A DNA stretch of 64,000 bases, taken from assembly GCF_964213995.1 (NCBI RefSeq), contig NW_027590121.1, positions 1,054,001 through 1,118,000 of the forward strand, written 5' to 3'. Below, piece by piece: positions 49,271 to 58,797 of this stretch. The DNA comes from Mustelus asterias. Its lineage: Eukaryota. A program made the position numbers and the translations under genes. Within the stretch, counting starts at the first letter, position 1; each line of letters opens with the position of its first letter. A model generated the notes under the pieces. The model saw nothing but the letters and a program-made list of their open reading frames with translations, had not been told where the DNA came from and did no database searches.

Positions 49271-51508
49271 CAGTGATGGGAGTTTGCCGCAAATTTCGGG
49301 TGATAACAATGGGCTGGATGTTGCTCAGAATGTGGAGCACTGCAGCAAAGTACACAGAGACAGAGACAGAGCAGCAGACTGGACTGAGAAATGGAGTCTG
49401 CAGACTGGAACTGGCAGCATGAGGAGAGGTTATTTAGTCTAACACTCACAGCAATCTACAACCCACCCCCATTACCGAGACAGTGAGACAGAGATTACAA
49501 ACACTCACCAACACAGCTCCACTGAAACGTCCCAGGAAAAAGGGGGAATCTGTGGCAGTTCCTGTCCTGATATAACCCCAGGACTGTCACTCAAACCCCC
49601 AACCCGGCCCAGTTCACAGCTCAGCCTCTCAGCTTGCAGCTTCCTGCACCTCGAGCCAACCTTGAACAGGTGTGGGAGGGTCTGTGGAACCACAGAATGG
49701 GGGGAGGGGTGACCTCCTGCTGTGTCCCAAATAGTTTGTCCTTCCCCTCCCCCTTGGCGCTCTAAGCTCTCAATGTGGACAGATTGCTGGACTTTGCTGA
49801 GCCTCACTGAGCTGCGCCTGTCCCTTATCCTGGGTCACCCCCTCTCCCTGGGTTTAGTGTGTGTGAAATCGCTGCTTGTTTCCCTGCTGAACCTTCAGTT
49901 AAACACAAACAGAAAATGCTGGAGAACCTCAGCATTTCTGGCAGCACCTATGACCATCCAGACTGGAAACATTAATTCTGTTCTCTCTCCACAGATGCAG
50001 TCAGATCCGCTGAGATTTCCAGCATTTCCTGTTTCAGATTCCAGCATCCGCAGTATTTTTGCTTTTATCTTCATTTAAACAAGCATTCTTTGATGGCCTT
50101 TACCCCCATTGCTCCTTTCCAGAGCTTCCCACCTTCTGCTATTGTCCCTGACTCCCACATTAACTCTGTCATTCCTCCCCTTTACCCCGCTCACCCTGTC
50201 TGAAGTCAGGCTCAGAGTTTTAGCGCCATCTCCCCCTCCCCCAGCCTCCACATCCCAACACCCGGAATCTCTAACCCAGCGGTTCCAGTTTGTCTGGTTT
50301 GAGTTCAGATTTGCCGCAGCACCGACAGGATTTCACTTCAAACCAGCCGGAACTGACTGCTCACAAATCCCTAAATGTTTCTCCAGCAGCCCTGGCTTGT
50401 TAACGTTGTTTAAAGTCAGTTTCAGTTACTCTCTTCAGTTTAAAAAACTTCTCCATTTAATTTAAGATATTACTCGCACCAGACACAAATATAAAACAGT
50501 GAACATTATCCCCCCACCCTGACCCGAGCTGGAGTGTCCCGAGGAAGAGACATCTGTTCCGGGTGTAACAATTCTTACACATTCTCTGTGACATAAAGCA
50601 GGAAACGCTGGAAATACTCAACAAGTCAGGCAGCCTCTGTGGAGAGAGAAACAGACTGAATGTGACCTGTCATCGGAACTGGGAAGTATATTATTTCCCG
50701 CAACTAAAAGAGACACTTTACAGCCTTCAGAACAACACTGAGTCCAACAATTTTACACCACAATCTCTGCCCCCATTGTGTTCTGTGTTTCGTTGTTGCT
50801 TCTTTCACCTCATTTCCCTCTTGTTTTCTTTACTTTGCATTCAGACTATTGCTAACCGGCTATTCACACCTCATCCAGAACATCTTTTGTGTCTTTACTT
50901 GTCCCATTAACACTCGCTTTGGTCTTGGGCTGTGAATCATTTTATCAGTTTGCAGATTTTTCATTTTGTTCTTCTCCACCTCCCTCTCTCCTTTCTTCAC
51001 GGGTCTGGCTTTCCCTGTGTGGCTCCGGAGAACGAGCAGGATTTGAGACGTCTGAAAGAGAGAGAATGAGATTTTTTTCTCTCTCAGAGGGTCTTTGGTC
51101 TGTGGAATTCTCTTTCCCAGAGAGCAGTGGAGACAGAGTCATTGAATATTTTTAAGGTTGATCCATTGGATTCTTGAGAGGAAAGTGGAGTTTTGGCCAC
51201 AGTCAGATCAGCCGGGATCTTATCTGGAGCAGAGCAGCCCAAAGGTCTACTGCTGCTCTTGATTCATATGGATGTTTAACTGTGTGTTTTACTCTGTTTC
51301 TGCCTCCACACAAACTGCCGGGCCTGTTGACTCTTTGTGGCGTTGACTGTTTTATTTCAGATTTTAACACTCTAACCTCACGGTAAGCTATTGCAGAAGA
51401 TACGGAGGCATGGGATTGAGGGTGATTTAGCGGTTTGGATCAGGAATTGGCTCGCTGTAAGAAGATTTTAAACTCTCTGGGAACTGTGCCCAGGGACACA
51501 CACACACA

Positions 51509-51836
51509 CAATTAATCCAGTTCTCCTGGATTACTGCTCTGTAACATATCACTGTGTAATCCAACAATTAATCCAGTTCCCTGGATTACTGCTCTGTAAC
51601 ATATCACTGTGTAATCCAACAATTAATCCAGTTCTCCTGGATTACTGCTCTGTAACATATCACTGTGTAATCCAACAATTAATCCAGTTCCCTGGATTAC
51701 TGCTCTGTTACATATCACTGTGAAATCCAACAATTAATCCCGTTCTCCTGGATTTCTGCTCTGTAACATATCACTGTGAAATCCAACAATTAATCTAGTT
51801 CCCTGGATTTCTGCTCTGTTACATATCACTGTGTAA
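51509..51836. repeat. Minisatellite of six units alternating 56 and 55 bp
   Basis: Unit starts at 51509, 51565, 51620, 51676, 51731 and 51787; consensus caattaatccagttc(t)cctggattactgctctgtaacatatcactgtgtaatccaa. Confidence 0.95.
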
Positions 51837-52488
51837 TGGAACCCGCTCCTGCTGCAGTGAACATACAAACACAGCGAGGGAGCTCCCTCTTGTGGCGATG
51901 TGAGGTAAATGGCCTCTGCCTGGGAAATCACTGAATTCTCAGATTCCTGAAGGATCTTGTTGGAGGATTGTGCTGCTGTATTTTTCTTATTCCTATTATT
52001 TTTATTTGAATATATTTTAATGCAGACGAATCTATTCTCATAACTGATATCAATCTCGGAAACAGATACAGACAAACTCATAGACACACAAATACTCAGA
52101 AAAATGCAGACACATACATATGATTCCAAGAATAAATTAGATATAGCTCTTGGGGCTAAAGGTATGGGAGGAAGGGGGATCAGAATATTGAATTCGATGA
52201 TCAGCCATGACCAAAATGAATGGCGGAGCAGGCTCGAAGGGCCGAATGGCCTACTCCTGCTTCTAGTTTCTATATTTCTATAATCTCACACAAACTCACA
52301 CACGCACTCACAGACATACATACACACGCTCAGATACACACTATCTCAGACACACTCACAAACACAGAGACAGACTGAGACCATGAAGGGTTGATGTCAG
52401 TCTCACTCCAAATAATCTGCTGGGCAAATTAAAATAACTGCAGCAAATCTGAAATTCAGTGTGTGAGTTTTATTGTGAAATGAGATAA

Positions 52489-52673
52489 GACCATAAGACC
52501 ATAAGACATAGGAGCGGAAGTAAGGCCATTCGGCCCATCGAGTCCACTCCACCATTCAATCATGGTTGATTTCAACTCCATTTACCCGCGCTCTCCCCAT
52601 AGCCCTTAATTCCTCGAGAAATCAAGAATTTATCAATTTCTGTCTTGAAGACGCTCAACGTCTCGGCCTCCAC
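52489..52673 (-). mobile_element. Short CR1 3' insertion with AGATAA TSD
   Basis: (TCTTATG)n-type tail; AGATAA at 52483 and 52674. Confidence 0.75.
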
Positions 52674-55370
52674 AGATAATGTATAAATATATCCCCATAG
52701 CTCAGGGCGGGAGTGGAATTGATGATTTGTCTGCTGTCTGAACAAATATTAAATTGGAGAGATTATAAAGTTTGAAATGTAATATCTAATGGTGTAAAGT
52801 ATCTGGGAGCAGAGTGGATGTGATAAAGGCTGGAATACAGACTGGGGCAATGAGGGTGAAACTGCTGTGCAGAGTGAATGGTTCTTGTTGTCGGGAGGGA
52901 TGGGAGGAGGGAGAGAGAGAGGAAGGGGGGATGACCTTCCAGAATGTATTTTCCCGCCTTGAGATCCGGGAAGTTTTCAGCATTAAAACAGAACATGCAG
53001 AAAATAAGAATCCACACTTTTCCAAGTACCAGTTGATTGTGCCCCAGATTATTGGTTTCATTTTTCTCCACCGCTGATGTTGAGATGATTGTTCTGTAAT
53101 TTTTTGAAAAGGGATGTTACGTTTACAATCGCTCAGCCTTTTGGCACCACAACTCTATGAGAAGGATTGGAAGATTGTGGCCAGAGCCTCCACAAACTCC
53201 ATGTGAAGGACACTATGTGTCAGAGTACAGCAGTCCCTCAATGTCAGACTGCAGTGTCAGCCTAGATAATGTGCTCAGCTTGATGAGTATTTCCTGTTGT
53301 TATTGATGTGGATCATTCATAAACAATGGACTCTGATGATGTCATCCAGTCCTGCTGTGATTATGTCATAGAGACTATTACATCACAGCGGAACCTTCGT
53401 GGTGAAAACAGTTTTGTTCCAGACGGCAGCAAGTCCATTACTGATAGATCAGCAACTAGAATTACTGGGTCACAGAGCACAATATTAGGATGCATGGTCA
53501 AAACCTTGTTTGGAGAGACAGACCTTAACAAACACCTTTAATCTGGACAGTTAGGGAGGGAGTTTCAGAATCTCATATCCAGGCCTTGTTACATTCACTC
53601 AAAATATTTTACAGAAATTGATAAGTTGTAATGATCAGGAAGGTTTGAAAAGTATTAATCTCTTCTCTTTGGAACAATGTTGACCCTGTTTCTGTCTCAA
53701 TCTGTTTCTCTTTGTCTCAGTTTACGAACTTCCATCCCATTCACTCTCACAGTCTCTTTTCCCCATTTACTTTGCTCCCTCTATTCACTTGCTCTCTGTC
53801 TGTAATAATCACAGTGGCTGCTGGTGATTCTCTGACTATAATCAGATAAGAAATTAATCCGAAGTGTGCAGTCCCACCCAGCTGGACAACAATGGAGAGG
53901 CACTGGAGGAAGATGGTTTGGTCAATGGTGTCAATAACTGCAGACTGGCTGAGAAGGACAGTGACAGATAACTTACCTCAGTCATATTCACACAGTAATT
54001 TGAGACTGGTAAGAGCTGGTTGAATACTGTGCAAAAGACAAATGTAATCAGAGGGATTCACACAGGGAATTTCAGGACATATGGGCAGAGATTTGGGAGA
54101 CGACAGGGATTTTGGAAGTTGTAATGAGAGATGGGCAGGAGGGGAACAAAGACACTGGGGTCAAGGATGGGCTCGTGGGAGGAAGGGAAGCAACAGAGGC
54201 AGCTTTTTTTATTTCATCTATGGGACATGGATGTTGTTGCATGGCCAGCATTTATTGCAAGTTGCCCTTGAGAAGGTGGTGGTGAGCTGCCTTCATGAAC
54301 AACTGAGTGGCTTGCTTGGCCATTTTAGAGTCAACCACATTGCTGTGGCTCTGGAGTCCCATGTAGGCCAGACCAGGCAAGGACGGCAGATTTCCTTCCC
54401 TAAAGGACATCATTAAACCAGATGGGTTTTTACGACAATTGTTTCACGGTCATCAGTAAATTCTTAATTCCAGATATTTTTTATTGAATTCAGATTTCAC
54501 CATCTGGCGTGGTGGGATTGAAACCTGGTACCCAGAACATTAGCTGAGTTTCTGGATTAACCGTCTAGTGTTAATACCACTAGGCCATCACCTCCCCTCA
54601 ATCTTAGTGACTGAAGTCGGGAATGGGTTAATGAACTTTGTCACACTTAAGCATTAAAACCCAAACTCTGTGATTTTGTTGAGAAGACTGCAGAGTTCAT
54701 GTTTTCGTCAGAGTTCGGTGTTTTTCATGTCTGTACCAGATAAGAGGAACAGCTATTCTTGTTATTAAGAAATGCGATTAACCCAGCTCGAAATAAGCTA
54801 AACAGTCTCCATTTTTATGTACCTTTGTTTAACACGATGGAGTTGACATGTATGCCGTCTGTCTTTGAATCACCATAGATTCATATATATATTCATCATA
54901 CGTTATTCATCTTATCCTGATATAAAGTATTATACAAACTTGTATGTAGATTAGTTAACTTGTTTGTGCAAAACCTGTGATGTTGTTTCAAGGATATAAA
55001 TGTCGAACAATCGTGGCCTTGGAGATCGAACAAACTACGCAGAGGAAGATACTGCTAATACAACAAGAATCTCACCATGAACAATGACAGACATCTTAGA
55101 GAATTGCAATGTAATGAGGGCGGGGCCCGGGACATATATAAATTCTGTTCTTACTTGTGTTCGATGAGAAGGCTGGGGGTACACTGTTAGGAACCTCACT
55201 TCTCCCACAATTGTGAAAATAAACACTGCATTTTGAACCACTAATAGTGTCAGAGGTTTTTTACCTACAACAGTGACAAAGAAGCTCCATGCGCTCCTCA
55301 CACTTGTTGTTGGAGGTGAGGATGGAGAAGACAAAGGAGAGGGAGAGCCCTTCAAAAGGATCCAAAGTGA

Positions 55371-56918
55371 ACATAGAACATAGAAAAGCTACAGCACAAA
55401 CAGGCCCTTCGGCCCACAAGTTGTGCCGAACAATTTCCTTACCTTCTAGGCTCATCTATAACCCTCCATCTTACTAACCTCCATGAACCTATCCAAAAGT
55501 TTCTTAAAAGACTCAATTGAATCCGCTTCCACCACCACTACCGGCAGCCGATTCCACGCACCCGCCACCCTCTGAGCGAAACACTTACCCTGAACATCTC
55601 CTCTGTACCTACTCCCCAGCACCCTAAACCTGTGGCCTCTCGTGACAACCATTTCAGCCCTGGGTAAAAGCATCTGAGAATCCATTCTATCAATACCCCT
55701 CAACATCTTATACACCTCTATCAGGTCACCTCTCATCCTTCGCCTCTCCAAGGAGAAAAGACCTAGCTCTCTCAACCTATCCTCAAAAGGCATACCACTT
55801 AATCCTGGCAACATCCTCGTAAATCTCCTCTGCACCCGTTCTATGGCTTCCACATCCTTTCTGTAATGAGGCGACCAGAACTGGGCACAGTACTCCAGTT
55901 GGGGTCTGACCAGGATCCTATACAGCTGCAGCATTATCTCCCGATTTCTAAACTCAATTCCTCTATTGATGAAGGCCAGTATTCCATACGCCTTCTTAAC
56001 CACAGCCTCTACCTGTGACGCTGCTTTGAGCCCGGACCCCAAGATCCCTCTGTTCTTCCAGACTGCCAAGCGTCTTACCCTTAATATTATATTCTTCCAT
56101 CCTATTCGACCGACCAAAATGACCCACCACTCACTTATCTGGGTTGAAGTCCATCTGCCATTTCTCTGCCCAGTCTTGCATCTTATCTATGTCTCGTTGC
56201 AACTGTTGACATCCCTCTACACTATCCATAACACCTCCAACCTTTGTGTCATCAGCAAACTTGCCAACCCATTCTTCCACTTCCTCATCCAGGTCATTTA
56301 TAAAAATCACAAAGAGCAAGGGTCCCAGAACAGATCCCTGGGGCACCCCACTGGTGACCGACCTCCACTCTGAAAAAGATCCATCTAGAACCACCCTTTG
56401 CCTTCTGTGAGCAAGCCAGTTCTGAATACACAAAGCAACATCACCTTGTATCCCTTGCCCCTTCACTTTCTCCATAAGCCTTGCATGGGGCACCTTATCA
56501 AACACCTTACTGAAATCCATATAAACCACATTTACCGCTCTTCCGCCGTCTAAGTGTCTAGTCACATCTTCAAAAAACTCAATCAGACTCGTAAGGAATG
56601 ATCTGCCTCGGACAAAGCCGTGCTGGCTACTTCTGATCATACTATTCCTTTCCAAATGTTCATAAATCCTGCCTCTCAGGATCTTCTCCATCAACTTACC
56701 TACCACTGAGGTTAGACTCACCGGTCTATAATTTCCTGGGCAATTTCTTCTCCCTTTCTTGAATAACGGAACCACATCCGCCATCCTCCAATCCTCCGGA
56801 ACCTCTCCCGTCTCCATTGATGACGCAAAGATCATCGCCAGAGGATCAACAATCTCTTCCTCACCTCCCACAGTAACCTGGGGTACATCCCATCCGGTCC
56901 CGGCGATTTATCTAACTT
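55371..56918 (-). mobile_element. 5'-truncated CR1 LINE with 6-bp TSD
   Basis: RT ORFs 56131-56871 and 55452-56117; (GTTCTAT)n tail; AAGTGA at 55365-55370 and 56919-56924. Confidence 0.93.
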
Positions 56919-57148
56919 AAGTGAGTTGGAGACATTAAATAGATGCAACACAGTGTGTTCAATATAAAAATAGTAATATGAAACTGATTTATTTGACCTT
57001 TATCCACAATATTAGCCCAAACAACTGGCTGGAATTTATTGACATCATCCAATCGACCCCAACGAACATAATCCTGGATGTCATTGACAGCAAAATTCAA
57101 TCATTGTCGTTGTTTGTGAGCTTGTTGGTGTCTCATCAGTACAGAAAA

Positions 57149-57575
57149 ATCCACTGGAGCAAGCTGAGAGGGGTGATTGAAGGCAGCAGTGCTGGTGAGA
57201 GATTAATTGGATTAATTGAATTGTTTATTTATTTAATTAGTCAGCTAGTGTGTGTATTTTTTTTGGCCTTTACTTTAACAGCAGTTTTTCAAGTTTAAAG
57301 TGAAAACTAGAAGTGGGCAGCAAAGGAGTCTGGGAAGGGTTTTTATTTTAACTTTAAAAGTCAGTTACCTGGGAGGTTCCCCCTCATTGATCCACTGGAG
57401 CAAGCTGAGAGGGGTGATTGAAGGCAGCAGTGCTGGTGAGAGATTAATTGAATTGTTTATTTATTTAATTAGTCAGCTAGTGTGTGTATTTTTTTGGCCT
57501 TTACTTTAACAGCAGTTTTTCAAGTTTAAAGTGAAAACTAGAAGTGGGCAGCAAAGGAGTCTGGTAAGGGTTTTT
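57149..57575 (+). repeat. Two-copy direct repeat (period 241 bp) in the CR1 5' UTR
   Basis: atccactggagcaagctgagagggg at 57149 and 57390. Confidence 0.92.
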
Positions 57576-57639
57576 TAAGCGCGTGAAGTATAAAAGGTAG
57601 GCTGCAGTATACAGCGGGCAGCGTCGGGAGCGGGCAGTG

Positions 57640-57792
57640 GAGTGTGTGGGAAGCAGAGTGTGAGCTATAAGACTTTGGCTCACAGGGCTTGAGTGTGTGG
57701 GAAGCAGAGTGTGAGCTATAAGACTTTGGCTCACAGGGCTTGAGTGTGTGGGAAGCAGAGTGTGAGCTATAAGACTTTGGCTCACAGGGCTT
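57640..57792 (+). repeat. Three exact 51-bp tandem repeats in the CR1 5' UTR
   Basis: gagtgtgtgggaagcagagtgtgagctataagactttggctcacagggctt at 57640, 57691 and 57742. Confidence 0.97.
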
Positions 57793-57870
57793 AGGCTGAA
57801 AGGGCGAGCAGGGGTGAGTTGAATTCATTTTTGCACTTTCTACCTGGTACTGGCAAGGTATCTAGAGGGG

Positions 57871-58797
57871 ATGGGTGTGCAGGCAGTGCAATGTTCCTCT
57901 TGCACTATGTTTGAGGTGAGGGACGACGACAGTGTCCCTACTGATTACACCTGTGGGAAGTGCACCCATCTGCAGCTCCTCCAAAACCATGTTAGGGAAC
58001 TGGAGCTGGAGTTGGAGGAACTTAGGATCATCAGGGACGCAGAGATGGCCATAGACACAAGCTTTAGGAATACAGTTACTCCGAGGATTGAAAACAGATG
58101 GGTGACGGTGAGAGGGGCTGGGAGGAAGCAGTCCGTGCAGGGATCCCCGGTGGTCGTTCCCCTTAGCAACAAGTATTCCGCTTTGGATACGGTTGAGGGG
58201 GATGACATACCAGTGGGGAGCCGCAGTGAGAGGATCTCCAGCACTGTGTCCGTCTCTGTGGCTCGGGAGGGAAAGGGGGAGAGCGGGAGGGCGATAGTTA
58301 TTGGGGACTCGTTAGTTAGAGGGATAGATAGGAGGTTCTGTGGCAGCAAAAGAGACTCATGGATGGTATGTTGCCAACCGGATGCCAAGGTCCGTGATGT
58401 CTCAGACCGTGTTTTCCAGATTCTGAAGGGGGAGGGGAAACAGTCACAAGTCGTGGTGCACATTGGTACCAATGACATAGGTAAGAGAAGGGACGGGGAT
58501 TTAAAGCAGGAATTTCTGGAGCTGGGCTGGAAGCTGAGAGCCAAGACGAAACATGTGGTCATCTCTGGTACGTTGCCGGTACCACGTGATAGCGAGTTGA
58601 GGAACAGGGAGAGAGTGCAGTTAAATATGTGGTTGCAGGGATGGTGTAGGAGGGAGGGTTTCAGATACGTGGATAATTGGAACACGTTCTGGGGAAGGTG
58701 GGACCTGTACAAACAGGACGGGGTGCACCTGAACCAGAGGGGCACCAATATCCTCGGAGGGAAATTTGTTACGGCTCTTCAGGGGGGTTTAAACTAA
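57871..58797 (+). CDS. CR1 ORF1: zinc finger, coiled coil and SGNH esterase
   Basis: CSSC...CGKC motif, LELELEELR heptads, IGDS, HIGTND and DGVH motifs. Confidence 0.93.
   Translation: MGVQAVQCSSCTMFEVRDDDSVPTDYTCGKCTHLQLLQNHVRELELELEELRIIRDAEMAIDTSFRNTVTPRIENRWVTVRGAGRKQSVQGSPVVVPLSNKYSALDTVEGDDIPVGSRSERISSTVSVSVAREGKGESGRAIVIGDSLVRGIDRRFCGSKRDSWMVCCQPDAKVRDVSDRVFQILKGEGKQSQVVVHIGTNDIGKRRDGDLKQEFLELGWKLRAKTKHVVISGTLPVPRDSELRNRERVQLNMWLQGWCRREGFRYVDNWNTFWGRWDLYKQDGVHLNQRGTNILGGKFVTALQGGLN

Noticed and set aside
49261-49275. CACTGTG-C-CACAGTG resembling a D segment or RSS signal joint
   Set aside because: The first heptamer is the reverse-complemented SINE head (ggcacagtgg), and there are no nonamers at 12 or 23 nt.
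51509-51836. CRISPR-like array with palindromic repeats
   Set aside because: There are no unique spacers, no cas genes, and the context is eukaryotic; it is a minisatellite.
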